Origin: Verrucomicrobiia bacterium
GTDB lineage: Bacteria; Verrucomicrobiota; Verrucomicrobiia; Limisphaerales; UBA1319
Assembly: GCA_963664225.1 (NCBI GenBank)
Contig: OY760937.1
Span: 4,384,001 to 4,448,000 of the forward strand
Reading direction: 5' to 3'
Length of the DNA stretch: 64,000 nucleotides
Shown piece by piece: positions 9,861-20,104 of this stretch. Numbering within the stretch: position 1 is the stretch's first letter; each line of letters starts with the position of its first letter. Position numbers and translations under genes: made by a program. The notes below the pieces were generated by a model. It made no database searches, was not told where the DNA came from, and worked only from the letters and a program-made list of their open reading frames with translations.

Positions 9861-11294
9861 ATGGGTATGAACACGCGCATCATGAATCGGCCCTCCCGGC
9901 GCCAGTGGCGGGTCGCCGCAGGTCTGCTTTTCATTGCAGTAATCTTTATGGCACTCAACGGCGTGCGCGGGTTTGCGGATGGTGCTGATAATTCAATATC
10001 ACGGCTGGCCATAAGCGCGATGGCAGGTGAGAAACTGCAGCTCGCCTGGCCGGTATCCGCGGCCGCGTCTGATCTCGAGACAACCACGCAGCTCAAACCC
10101 TCCGGCGAGTGGGAACGTGTGGCCCAACTCCCCGCCCTGACCAATGAGGCTCTTTCGCTGGCCGTCACGAACGCAGCGACCAATGCATTCTACCGGTTGC
10201 AGGGCGGCAAGGCAGCGACGGTGAACATCTTGAAAACTCCAAAGGACAGTCTCGTTCCCGATGCGGTGGTGGATGCCAAAGGCGTTTTGCACCTGGTCTA
10301 TGGGCTGAACCACAACGCCTATTACATTCGATCCACAAACAACGGCGGCACCTTCACACCGCCGGTGAAAGTAAATTCCGCTGGCACGGTGGAGACGGAG
10401 ATGGGCGAGCGCGGCCCCAAATTGGCGGTGGGCGGCGATGGTGTCATTCATGTGGTCTGGGCGGACGATTGGGCCCCGGGAGTGAAAACATTCGTGCGCT
10501 ACTCACGCAGCCTGGACGGAGGGAAGACCTTTGAACCGCTTCAAACAGTGTCCTCCATGTCCGGGATCGATGGAGTGACGGTGACTGCCGACTGCAATGG
10601 CAACGTCATTGCGTTCTGGCATGTCATGGTTGATCCTGCGCCGCCGGTTCCACAGGCCACCTGGTTGTTTATGGCGCGTTCCACAAACAATTGGGCGGGC
10701 TTTGGACCCAGCGCGAAGGTCAACATCTCCAACCACGAAGGAATTGCCTGTTCCATGTGCATGATGCGCGCCCGTGCGGAAACCAATGGCACCGTGTATC
10801 TGGCCTTTCGAAGCGCGGTGCAGAACATTCGGGATTTTTTCGTGCTCAAAGGATCGGCGGACGGAAGCGCATTCACGGCGCTCCGTGTGAATCAGGATAA
10901 TTGGAATATCAATTACTGCCCCATGGCCGGGCCCGAACTTAGTTTTGATCCCTACGGTCGCGCGCTCTGCGCGTTCATGACCTCGAACAAGGTTTACTGG
11001 GCGGTCAGCGATTATCCCATCACTGGCTTTCGCCTGCATGTGGCCACGCCCGCCCATGAAGCCAATGAGATCTATCCCACGGTGACCGCCAACCGACGGG
11101 GCGAAGTGTTGTTTCTGTGGCAGATTGGCCCCATGTCCACGAGTGGCACGGCTACCGTGAAATGGGCGCGATACAACATCGATGGCACCTACATTGACCA
11201 GCAGGGCACCATTGGTACCTCGTTTTCGGGCACCAAGGCGACGGCGGTTGTTGGCAGCGACGACAACTTCTACATCATCACCACCGCACAATGA
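9861..11294 (+). CDS. Exported BNR-repeat protein with an N-terminal ~68-aa module ending FYRL
   Basis: Signal-like segment RRQWRVAAGLLFIAVIF...GFA; Asp boxes STNNGGTF, SLDGGKTF; CSMC and W.INYCPMAGP motifs; start uncertain (9861/9867/9882). Confidence 0.8.
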   Translation: MGMNTRIMNRPSRRQWRVAAGLLFIAVIFMALNGVRGFADGADNSISRLAISAMAGEKLQLAWPVSAAASDLETTTQLKPSGEWERVAQLPALTNEALSLAVTNAATNAFYRLQGGKAATVNILKTPKDSLVPDAVVDAKGVLHLVYGLNHNAYYIRSTNNGGTFTPPVKVNSAGTVETEMGERGPKLAVGGDGVIHVVWADDWAPGVKTFVRYSRSLDGGKTFEPLQTVSSMSGIDGVTVTADCNGNVIAFWHVMVDPAPPVPQATWLFMARSTNNWAGFGPSAKVNISNHEGIACSMCMMRARAETNGTVYLAFRSAVQNIRDFFVLKGSADGSAFTALRVNQDNWNINYCPMAGPELSFDPYGRALCAFMTSNKVYWAVSDYPITGFRLHVATPAHEANEIYPTVTANRRGEVLFLWQIGPMSTSGTATVKWARYNIDGTYIDQQGTIGTSFSGTKATAVVGSDDNFYIITTAQ

Positions 11295-11313
11295 AAATGG
11301 TGTAGGGTAGGGG

Positions 11314-11583
11314 ATGTGGAGTCATTACCGAAAATGGAAATCAAGCGTTGGCCTTTTGCTCTGTGGCATCGCTCTCGCACTGATGCGCGGCGAACCTGAT
11401 GCCTCCCTGCGCTGGATCATCGGCATTGGAATTTGTGGAATTGTTATTCTGGCGTATGTGGCCGAGGAGGTCGTCTGGATTGCGCGGAATCAAGGACGGC
11501 CTTGTTCCAAATGCGGTTGCGCCATTCGTATGAAGCCATTCCGCATTCAACAGTGCTGCCCGAACTGTGGTGAAATGCAGTAA
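11314..11583 (+). CDS. Small two-TM membrane protein with C-terminal zinc ribbon
   Basis: Two hydrophobic helices followed by CSKCG...CPNCG. Confidence 0.6.
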   Translation: MWSHYRKWKSSVGLLLCGIALALMRGEPDASLRWIIGIGICGIVILAYVAEEVVWIARNQGRPCSKCGCAIRMKPFRIQQCCPNCGEMQ

Positions 11584-11688
11584 GAATGTCTGGGCTTGAA
11601 TTTCTCGAAGCTGGGAAAGAGGTTTCACCCTGTATTTCTCCTTGCCATTGCCTGCTCCTATTCATATCTGTTTTTGGCAGGATCCAAA

Positions 11689-13791
11689 ATGAACAACCAA
11701 TCTCAAATTCACACTTCGACAGTGCCGGGCAACGTGGACCCTTTGGCACACACGACCCCCACTCCCGCGAACCGCAAGCTGATCGCGCTTTGCCTTGCCT
11801 TGTTACTCAGCATTGGCGCGGGGCTTCTGGTGGGTTGCGCCTGCTGTAAATCCGGCGCTTCCGCAGGTGCGCAAAGCGACGCTACCGCTGGCTCGTACTC
11901 CCTCAAATCACCCGATGGCGCCATCGCGATGACTGTTCAAAGCAGTGGTAATGTGACCTATTCCGTCAGCGTGGATGGCCAGGTGATCGTCAATCCGTCA
12001 AAGCTCGGGCTGCAATTTCGCGATGGGATGAACCTTGGGCAGGATGTCGTTGTGGTCAAAGCCGAAACCCGCAGCGCCGATTCCACCTGGGAGAATCCAT
12101 TGGGCAAGCGTCGAACGGTCCGCGACCATTACAATCAACTCCGACTCGTATTAAGCGAGAAATCGAGTGCATCCAGGACCTTCGAGATCCTCTTCCGGGC
12201 TTACAACGATGGCGTTGGTTTCCGTTATGTTCTGCCCACGCAGAACGGTCCGGAATCCTTCATCCTGGAGCGCGAGCAAACCGAGTTCGCCTTTGCTTCG
12301 AACGCGACTTGCTTTGCCGGTCAACAGGAGAAGGGATTTGCAGGATCGCAGGAATGGGAGTTCAAGCGTGGACACCTGGCCGATATTAAACCGCAGTCTG
12401 TGGTGGGACTGCCGCTGCTGGTTCAAACTCCCGCCGCCTGGGTGGCGGTGGCCGAGGCCGACTTGCGAGACTGGTCGGGGATGTGGCTCGGCGGTGCGAC
12501 TAATTCAAATAATGCCAAGGCGTCAGAAGGCGTCACACTGACCGCCAAACTCGCCCCGCGCCGCGACGGTCAGGGCCTGGTCAAGGCGGGCTCGGCGCAA
12601 CATTCCCCCTGGCGCGTGTTGATGATTGGACGCCAACCGGGCCGGTTGGTTGAGAGCGATTTGATCAGCAACCTCAGCGCCCCCAGCCAGCTTAAAGATA
12701 CCGCGTGGATTCGTCCCGGGATGATGGCCTGGGATCATTGGTGGTCCGGCGATGTCCAGATGGACACGGCCACGATGAAGGAATACATCCAACTGGCCGC
12801 CGACATGGGCTGGCCTTACCAACTCGTCGATTGGCAATGGTACGGGCCATTTAACACGCCCGGCTCTGACATTACAAAGGTCAATCCCGCGCTCGACATG
12901 GACGAACTCCGTCGCTTTGCCAAGGAAAAGGGTGTCCGGCTCTGGGTGTGGCTTTATTGGACCGATGCGGATCGCAATGACGCCTACAAAAAGGCCTTTG
13001 CACTCTACGAGAAATGGGGAATTGCGGGTGTCAAAATCGATTTCATGGATAGTGACCATCAGGAAATGGTGAATTGGTATGAGAAACTGACTCGCGCTGC
13101 CGCGGAGCATCATCTGATGATCAATTTCCACGGGGCGTTCAAGACCTCCGGCTTTAACCGGACCTTCCCGAACCAGATCACCCGTGAAGGCATTATGGGG
13201 AACGAATACAATCGCTGGAGCAACCGAGTGACACCGGAGCATAAGCTCACATTACCGTTTACGCGGTTTCTCGCCGGTCCGGCGGACTTCACCCCGGGCG
13301 GTTTCCTCAATCGCCAGCCCGGCCAGTTCAAGCCCGACGACAAGGCCGCGCAGGTCCAGGGCACCCGCAGTGCCGAACTCGCGCTGTTCGTCCTCTATGA
13401 CAGCCCCATTTGCTGCGTCTGCGATCATCCGAGCCATTACCGCAATCAGCCCGGGGCGGATTTCCTGAAGATCGTGCCCACCGTCTGGGACGACACCCGC
13501 GTTCTGGACGCCGCCGTCGGCGAACACATGGTCACCGTCCGCCGCAGCGGCAACCGCTGGTTCCTCGGCGCGCTCACAGATCAGACCTCGCGCGACATTC
13601 CTGTGAAACTGGATTTCCTCGGACGCGGCTCATGGACACTCAAGCTTTGGAAAGACGCCCCCGACAGCGATGCAAATGCCGAACATCTGGCCACTGAGCA
13701 GCGAATCGTGACCTCGGCGGACGTTCTAAACTTGCACCTGGCCAAATCAGGCGGCGCAGTCGCCAGTTTCGAACCGGCTCCGCGCCGATAA
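11689..13791 (+). CDS. Glycoside hydrolase family 97, probable lipoprotein, probably retaining subtype
   Basis: SPDG, FRAYNDGVGFRY, SPWRV, WIRPG, GVKIDF (Asp at the nucleophile position), RTFPN..TREG, PFTRFLAGPADFTPG, VPTVWDDT; lipobox LVGC. Confidence 0.92.
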   Translation: MNNQSQIHTSTVPGNVDPLAHTTPTPANRKLIALCLALLLSIGAGLLVGCACCKSGASAGAQSDATAGSYSLKSPDGAIAMTVQSSGNVTYSVSVDGQVIVNPSKLGLQFRDGMNLGQDVVVVKAETRSADSTWENPLGKRRTVRDHYNQLRLVLSEKSSASRTFEILFRAYNDGVGFRYVLPTQNGPESFILEREQTEFAFASNATCFAGQQEKGFAGSQEWEFKRGHLADIKPQSVVGLPLLVQTPAAWVAVAEADLRDWSGMWLGGATNSNNAKASEGVTLTAKLAPRRDGQGLVKAGSAQHSPWRVLMIGRQPGRLVESDLISNLSAPSQLKDTAWIRPGMMAWDHWWSGDVQMDTATMKEYIQLAADMGWPYQLVDWQWYGPFNTPGSDITKVNPALDMDELRRFAKEKGVRLWVWLYWTDADRNDAYKKAFALYEKWGIAGVKIDFMDSDHQEMVNWYEKLTRAAAEHHLMINFHGAFKTSGFNRTFPNQITREGIMGNEYNRWSNRVTPEHKLTLPFTRFLAGPADFTPGGFLNRQPGQFKPDDKAAQVQGTRSAELALFVLYDSPICCVCDHPSHYRNQPGADFLKIVPTVWDDTRVLDAAVGEHMVTVRRSGNRWFLGALTDQTSRDIPVKLDFLGRGSWTLKLWKDAPDSDANAEHLATEQRIVTSADVLNLHLAKSGGAVASFEPAPRR

Positions 13792-13865
13792 TAAGGACTT
13801 TCTGCCCGATCGCCGGGCCAACCCATGTGTAGGTCTTCCGCCATGGGTGCCCGTTTTGACATTGA

Positions 13866-14876
13866 TCAGCGTTTGATTGGGGTCGTCAAACGATTGACCA
13901 GAAAATCATGGTAGCCGGGCAGGTCCTTCCAGGCGGTGGCGGTTTCGATGCGTTTGGCTTTACCGTCGATCACCGTGAAGCCGTCATCCGTGACCCGCAG
14001 GCCGAGAGATTCCATGGTGCAAAGATCATGGCGAATGGCGAGATAAACGGCCACCGCGTCAAATAGAACGCTGGAGTGGTTTAGCGAGGCTTGATCGAAT
14101 TTGCTCCAGATGCGGTAGTTCTCCATGATGGCTGCGGCGATGGGATCCCTGGAATCGCGCACCTTGGCGAAGCGGTCTCCGTCCAGCACCACCAGCCCGC
14201 AGGTGTCGAGCGGGGTAATGGTCATTTCCCAGGGCGCGGTAAATACGCGCTGGCAGGCCTTCGGATCCGCTTTCACATTCCACTCGGCGGCTGGAGTTTT
14301 ATCGCCACTGTAGCCAAGACGGACGCTGCCGAACATGCCGTATAAATGCGCGCGCTGGGCGATGCGGGGTTCGCGTTGCAGTGCGGCGGCGACGTTAGGT
14401 GCCGGCCCAATGGCAATCAAGGCCACCGGTTCGGGCGAGCTCATGATGGTGTCCACAATGGCTTGGACACCGTCCTGGTAAACCTTCCCGGGATAGGACT
14501 TGAGGTCGTATTTTTCCACCCACGCGGCCTGTCCTCCATCTCCCTTGGGTTCAATATCCATTCCGATTCCGACCGCGACATCCGGACGTCCGGCGACCTG
14601 GAGAAACTTGGCCATAAGCTTGGCGCGATACTGGGCCTTGCCGTAATCGCCGACGACCAGTTTCAAATCCAGCTCAGGGCTTTTCAGGAGGAAGCCGAGA
14701 GCCCAGGTGTCATCGATGTCATCGCCGATGTCGCTCACCAGAATGGCCGGCACGGGTTTGGCCATCGGCGCGGTGTTTTGCGAAAAGCCGGTTTGCAGGG
14801 ACGAAAACAGAACAGTGGCGAAGGCCAGGCAAAGTGTCCTCACGCCGAACAGGGTCGCGGATGTTGGTAATTTCAT
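13866..14876 (-). CDS. Nucleoside hydrolase (IU-NH family) with predicted signal peptide
   Basis: Asp-rich SDIGDDIDD, IAIGPAPN, AEWNVKADP, TPLD, LFDAVAV; hydrophobic N-terminus. Confidence 0.85.
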   Translation of the reverse strand: MKLPTSATLFGVRTLCLAFATVLFSSLQTGFSQNTAPMAKPVPAILVSDIGDDIDDTWALGFLLKSPELDLKLVVGDYGKAQYRAKLMAKFLQVAGRPDVAVGIGMDIEPKGDGGQAAWVEKYDLKSYPGKVYQDGVQAIVDTIMSSPEPVALIAIGPAPNVAAALQREPRIAQRAHLYGMFGSVRLGYSGDKTPAAEWNVKADPKACQRVFTAPWEMTITPLDTCGLVVLDGDRFAKVRDSRDPIAAAIMENYRIWSKFDQASLNHSSVLFDAVAVYLAIRHDLCTMESLGLRVTDDGFTVIDGKAKRIETATAWKDLPGYHDFLVNRLTTPIKR

Positions 14877-14935
14877 GGAATGTATTGTTGCAAAATCAAA
14901 AGCAGATTCGAGCTAAAAATAACCGGAATGGATCT

Positions 14936-16351
14936 TCATTTTTCACCAGACACGCCTTGTGGATTGTAGAATCGGACGAACTGAATTTGCTCCGCCAGTT
15001 TCGTTCCTTTCAACTCCAGCACATGACGGCCTGCTGGGAGTCCTTCCGCAACGGTGACACAGGCTTCCGTTCCCAGTGAGGCGGCGGGGGATACGGCCGT
15101 ATCGGCGCCCCGGAGAATGGCCCGCCATGCGGCGGTATGGTTTTCGGGCAGGGCGCGTTTAAAGACGGCGACGCTGTAGGCGATGTTCCAGTCTTCCGGC
15201 TCAATGACCACGCGCCCTGATTTGGAAACGAAGCGGTTTGTGCTGCTGCCCTCACCATCCTCGCCGGCGACACTGCCCCTGAGAGTAAAATGGCAGACTT
15301 TGCCGTCCTGTGAGGCACGGTCAATCTTGAGCGACCATTCTTCCGCGACCAGTGGGGTCTTTGAACTGACTCTTAATAACAGCGGCCAGTCACTCGCGGG
15401 AAAGGCCGAAACGCGCGTAAAGGTGTAAAGCTCCGGGATCGTCGATGGAGATTTGCCATCGACTTGCACGGCAATGCCGCCCTTGGCAGCAGGCTTGAAA
15501 ATCAAATCCGCCCGTGTGCCGGTGAACTCAACGCGCAAGGTATTCGGATCGTTGGAGAGCGAGACGGGAACTGTGCGCACACGCGATTCGTTCATGGGAT
15601 CGTAACCGTCTTTGGGCGGCAACGGAGCCAGATAGGTTTTGAGCAATTCGGCCATGAGCCATTCGCCTTGCGCGTTGAGATGAACGCCGTCCTTCAGCAA
15701 ATCGGCCGCTTTCAAATGTTGATCCTTGAGGTAGGTCTTCCACAGTTCGTGGATATCGGCGCGGCAGGCACCGTATTTGGCGGCAGTTGTCGGCAGAAAC
15801 ACATGGTTCATCCAGGGATCCCACTTTGTCGGGGTCAGCTTTGCGGGATCGGTTTCTTCAGTCAGGCTGGCGTCGGTGGTGATGTGATCGGTTTGGAGCA
15901 GGATATCCGCGCAGGTGCGCTCGCGGACCCGGCGGATGATGTTTTCATATTCGATGTGGGAACCATAGACATGAAAGATCAGCAAATCGGGTTGGAACGG
16001 GTAAAGGTCGGCCTCGGCGGTTTTAACCAGGAGTTGCGAGGCATGTCCACCGATGGCCCGGTTTTCGATGATCAGATTGGCGTTGGTATAAGTGGTCCGC
16101 AGGTAACGCTCCACTTCCTTCCACCAGGATTGCTGGGTGATCGATTGCCCGTAGAACAGGACCCGCACGGTCTTACGATCTGTCGGCGTGCTCGAGTTGA
16201 GCAGCGTCAGTGACCGGCGCAGATGTTCGCGTTGCCCGGGATTGGGCTGCCATGGTGCGGGGGCAGGATAAGAATCGGCCGCGCGCAGTGGGCCATTACA
16301 TAGTAGCCCGGCGCAGATCAGACCGAGGGCAATGGTGGTGTTGAGTTTCAT
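14936..16351 (-). CDS. Exported SGNH/GDSL-family hydrolase
   Basis: Signal peptide; block I FYGQSIT, block II NRAIGG, block V DGVHLN. Confidence 0.82.
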   Translation of the reverse strand: MKLNTTIALGLICAGLLCNGPLRAADSYPAPAPWQPNPGQREHLRRSLTLLNSSTPTDRKTVRVLFYGQSITQQSWWKEVERYLRTTYTNANLIIENRAIGGHASQLLVKTAEADLYPFQPDLLIFHVYGSHIEYENIIRRVRERTCADILLQTDHITTDASLTEETDPAKLTPTKWDPWMNHVFLPTTAAKYGACRADIHELWKTYLKDQHLKAADLLKDGVHLNAQGEWLMAELLKTYLAPLPPKDGYDPMNESRVRTVPVSLSNDPNTLRVEFTGTRADLIFKPAAKGGIAVQVDGKSPSTIPELYTFTRVSAFPASDWPLLLRVSSKTPLVAEEWSLKIDRASQDGKVCHFTLRGSVAGEDGEGSSTNRFVSKSGRVVIEPEDWNIAYSVAVFKRALPENHTAAWRAILRGADTAVSPAASLGTEACVTVAEGLPAGRHVLELKGTKLAEQIQFVRFYNPQGVSGEK

Positions 16352-16548
16352 TCCGCTGAGTTTGAATGCGGAAAAGTTTGGCTGGCAAGTGCCATTGTGA
16401 AAACATCCGTGTGTTTGCATTGATAATCGGGATCTTGCCAGAATGAAATTAACTCGGGGGCAAATGTTCATCAAATGGGGGAGGCAGAACAATGCGCGAG
16501 CCAGAATAAGCTGGACCGGAATCAGCGCTGGTACAACAATCCGAACAA

Positions 16549-17529
16549 ATGAATATAACCACTAATAATCAACTCTTCGGCAGGTCAGGCCGCAACGAGG
16601 CCAATTCGCCTTGTGAAAAGGTCCTGAATGAAAAACCCTGTTTCCTTGCGGCTTTTGGACGCCGCTGGATGGGGATCGCGGCGTTGAGCCTGCTGTTTGC
16701 TGGCTCCCTTTCCGCAGCGACCATCAAGACTCTGATCGTCGATGGACAAACCAATCCCTCGCACGACCTCAAGACCGTGACTGCGGAAATGAAAACGATT
16801 CTGGAGAGTTCCGGACTCTTCACGGTCGATGTGGCCACTTCCCCGGCCAAGGGTCAGGACATGAGCCAGTTCAAACCCAACTTTTCCGACTACGCTCTGG
16901 TTGTCGTAAATTATGATGGGGATTCCTGGGCGCCGGATACTCAGGCGGCGTTCGTGAAATACATGCGGAACGGTGGTGGATTATTGGTAATGCATTCCGC
17001 TGACAACGCTTTCGGTAATTGGAATGAATTCAATGAAATGATCGGCGTGGGCGGATGGGGCGGTCGTAATGAAAAATCAGGCCCCTACCTCCGCTTCCGC
17101 GAAGGAAAATGGGTGCCTCTCCAGATGCCGGGACCGGGCGGCAGCCATGGCGCTCCACGGCCTTATGTGGTGACAACGCGCGAGCCAGCGCATCCGATCA
17201 TGCAGGGATTGCCTGCGGGATGGCTGCACGTATCCGATGAGCTTTATGATCGTCTGCGCGGTCCGGCAAAGAACGTAACCGTGCTGGCGTCGTCCATGAC
17301 CGATGCCACCAAGGGCGGTTCCGGCGAAGAGGAACCTGTGCTGATGGCGCTGACCTACGGCAAGGGCCGCGTGTTTCATACCACCATGGGACACAGCGCC
17401 AAAGAGATGAAATGCATCGGTTTCTCCGTGACTCTCCAGCGTGGCGCTGAATGGGCCGCCACCGGCAAGGTGACCCAGAAGGTTCCCGCCGTTTTCCCGA
17501 CTGCGACAGAAACGAAGACCCGTCCGTGA
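16549..17529 (+). CDS. Exported ThuA-like (class I glutamine amidotransferase-like) protein
   Basis: LIVDGQ..HD, GGGLLVMHSA, HPIMQGLP, DELY, YGKGRVFHTTMGH, RGAEWAATG. Confidence 0.88.
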   Translation: MNITTNNQLFGRSGRNEANSPCEKVLNEKPCFLAAFGRRWMGIAALSLLFAGSLSAATIKTLIVDGQTNPSHDLKTVTAEMKTILESSGLFTVDVATSPAKGQDMSQFKPNFSDYALVVVNYDGDSWAPDTQAAFVKYMRNGGGLLVMHSADNAFGNWNEFNEMIGVGGWGGRNEKSGPYLRFREGKWVPLQMPGPGGSHGAPRPYVVTTREPAHPIMQGLPAGWLHVSDELYDRLRGPAKNVTVLASSMTDATKGGSGEEEPVLMALTYGKGRVFHTTMGHSAKEMKCIGFSVTLQRGAEWAATGKVTQKVPAVFPTATETKTRP

Positions 17530-17843
17530 TCTCCGTTTTAGTGGGCGCATTCCAATGGGCTCAAGAAAGTCGGCCTGCGGGTTTTTACCAAACTTGCAGG
17601 CCGAAGCAACAAGCGGAGGTATCGTTCAGGGATCGGCAGAATGGTTCTGACTTCGGCGCGCGGCAGCAAAGCGAGGACTTTGCAGGCGGTGTCATGCCGG
17701 GGCTCTCTGATTAGCCGCTTGGAAAATGTCGTTTCTTGAAAAAGGGCTTATCTGGAGTATTCTGGACTTGCACCATTCTAAGGGAAATAGCGCTCTTGGA
17801 CAGGCGCGAAAATGAAATAACTAGTTGGAATCACAGGAACCTC

Positions 17844-18296
17844 ATGAAAAAATCGTTCAAATATCTTATCTTTGCATCGATAATGGCTGTTTCTCTCGTG
17901 ATGGGGCAGCCGATCTACGCTGCCGACTCGAAGTCGAAAGCCGCGGATAAGGCAGTGGGCGAGGCCAAAGACTCCACCGAAAAGACCAAGGCAAAACGCG
18001 ACTGGTATCCCTTTGGCGGGATCGTGGCTGCGGTGGACGTCCAGGCAAAGACCATCTCCCTGAAGAAGAAAGAGGGTGCGCGCGTGCTCAAGCTCGATGC
18101 CAAATCCACGCTCGAGATCAACGGCAAACCAACCATGTTGGGCAGTGTGAAAGTCGGCGATTACGCCCATGGCAAACTCCACAAGGACAGCGCCGGTAAC
18201 GAAGTGATCACGGCGGCGAAATTCGACAAGGAAGCGCCGAATAAGGACAAACCGGCAGTCAGTAAGCAGCCTTTAGCAACCCCTGCTTCGCGTTAG
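17844..18296 (+). CDS. Exported Lys-rich hypothetical protein (OB-fold-like)
   Basis: Signal peptide ending IYAA; PFGGIVAAVD..AKTISL...INGK...VKVGD pattern; AGGA upstream. Confidence 0.7.
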   Translation: MKKSFKYLIFASIMAVSLVMGQPIYAADSKSKAADKAVGEAKDSTEKTKAKRDWYPFGGIVAAVDVQAKTISLKKKEGARVLKLDAKSTLEINGKPTMLGSVKVGDYAHGKLHKDSAGNEVITAAKFDKEAPNKDKPAVSKQPLATPASR

Positions 18297-18449
18297 ACCA
18301 TCCCCACTTCATAAGCGCGGGGTATTAACCGGCCAAAGAATTTTAATATACCCCGCAATGGCTCGTGGTGGCGATGCACGAAGTGTCACGGACAGCATTG
18401 CCAATGCGATTGCCATCAAGTATGTCGTGCGCTACGGTTGCCACAACGA

Positions 18450-18980
18450 ATGAAAATCCAAAACCTGACCATCGGCCAACGCATAAGGCATCCGAAATAC
18501 GGGGTTGGCACCGTTAAGAGTCTTAATGAGTCGTCCGCGGAGATTCGCTTCGACGATGAAACGAGAACGATGGACCCGGTACTCAGCGAACTCTCCCCCG
18601 CGGAGGCAACTGCTGCGGTTAGCGGTTTGGACATTCCGCTAAAACAGTTCGTTGAAACCGCAATTGAAACGGTTCTGACCCGTCTCGGATACGAGAACCC
18701 CAATGCGGTTGTCGGTGGTCTTGGTGTGCGCTGGCACAAAGGAAAAATGGTCCTCCATCCGTCGGACCCAACGCTGCAGACCAAGGAGGTGCCGCTTGAA
18801 GTGTTCTTTCATAAACTCGTCGGCGTCAGAAATCAGTTGCGGGTTTTGGAACAGAAGATAAATGCCCACCCAAATCTGACGGATGGCGAGAAGGTGGAGA
18901 TGCAGGAATACATCACTCGTTCCTATGGTTCACTGACCACGTTTAACATCCTGTTTAAGGAAAAAGGGGACCAGTTTTAG
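18450..18980 (+). CDS. Hypothetical protein with N-terminal UvrD/PcrA C-terminal-like (Tudor) motif
   Basis: IGQRIRHPKYGVGTV...IRFD followed by a helical domain. Confidence 0.75.
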   Translation: MKIQNLTIGQRIRHPKYGVGTVKSLNESSAEIRFDDETRTMDPVLSELSPAEATAAVSGLDIPLKQFVETAIETVLTRLGYENPNAVVGGLGVRWHKGKMVLHPSDPTLQTKEVPLEVFFHKLVGVRNQLRVLEQKINAHPNLTDGEKVEMQEYITRSYGSLTTFNILFKEKGDQF

Positions 18981-19056
18981 CGTTTTCTCAGGGAAAAACG
19001 GTGCCGTGACGAGGGAGAACGAGCAGGCATTTAACGGCCAAGGCCACCGTATCGGG

Positions 19057-20022
19057 TCATGCCTGGGCGACGGTTATTGTGCTGTTTAAGCGGCGGATGG
19101 CGAAAACAAGCAAAGCCAAAATAATGCCGTCAACGAGGAGTGTTGCCAGTCCCAGACCGGGATTCTTCATGACCAGGCTTATAAGTAGCACCGCTTGAAT
19201 GACATTGTGCAGATACCAGCCAATGCCAAAATACAGGAATCCCGGCGGGGCCAGCATGTGGTAACGACGAAGTAACCATGCATACAGGCAGATGACGCCC
19301 GCCCAAATTGGGATGAAAGCCACCACTGGCGCCTTGGATGCCGCAACGAATGCGAGTCCCCAGAATGGCATCAGCACGCTAATTCCAAGAAGTATCGGTT
19401 TGAGTGCGGAAGCCGATGGCAGACTTTGAGGTTTCTCTTTGGAGAATGCGCCCAATGTGAATAACAGGAGCATCAGCGACAATAAGACCGCCAATTCCAA
19501 TTTCGTTCCCGTAACCCCTTTCTCAGAGGTTCCAAGGAAGGCAGCGCAGGCCAGCAACATCAGAAGGATCCCAAGACAAAGAGCGAATTTGCCATTCAGC
19601 CATGGCTCACTTTTTATCTTTGGAAAGAAATACTGGGTCAACTGGATTGGAACAAGGACTGAGGCGATCGCGTGCCAGGCGCTGATACCTGCGGCCCATG
19701 GAAAGCTGATGCCAATCCAGTAACCATAGTCGTTGTATTGAGACACGGGCAGGCCAGTTTGGAGGATCATTGTTTTGGCTAGTAAACCCTCGTTGAATAT
19801 GGCGTACCCCATTCCCATGAAGAACAATCCCAGAATGCCACTGTGAAAACGAACCGCCAATTCCCGCACCAGAAGAATGGCCACGCCGTATCCAAAGAAA
19901 AGAAAAACCACCATTCCTGGATTGAGGAATCCAGACAGAGGCGTGCTACCTGTAAATAATTCAGGCAGCACGGTACAAAGGATCAGAAGAGTAATGGCTG
20001 CCAGGGCTTTCACGGCTGCCAT
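19057..20022 (-). CDS. Polytopic membrane protein of unknown function
   Basis: About 9-10 hydrophobic segments; PELFTGSTP, YG...LLVRE, EGL motifs. Confidence 0.75.
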   Translation of the reverse strand: MAAVKALAAITLLILCTVLPELFTGSTPLSGFLNPGMVVFLFFGYGVAILLVRELAVRFHSGILGLFFMGMGYAIFNEGLLAKTMILQTGLPVSQYNDYGYWIGISFPWAAGISAWHAIASVLVPIQLTQYFFPKIKSEPWLNGKFALCLGILLMLLACAAFLGTSEKGVTGTKLELAVLLSLMLLLFTLGAFSKEKPQSLPSASALKPILLGISVLMPFWGLAFVAASKAPVVAFIPIWAGVICLYAWLLRRYHMLAPPGFLYFGIGWYLHNVIQAVLLISLVMKNPGLGLATLLVDGIILALLVFAIRRLNSTITVAQA

Positions 20023-20104
20023 CGTCGAGTTATTTGACTCTCGCCGCAATTGAATAATATGGCATGTATCCGATTTTCAAAAGAAGCGTGATCGAATCGC
20101 CCTA

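Noticed and set aside
18316..18357. GCGGGGTAT / ATACCCCGC inverted repeat after the 17844-18296 gene
   Set aside because: Large loop and no U tract on either strand, so it cannot be supported as a terminator or RNA gene.
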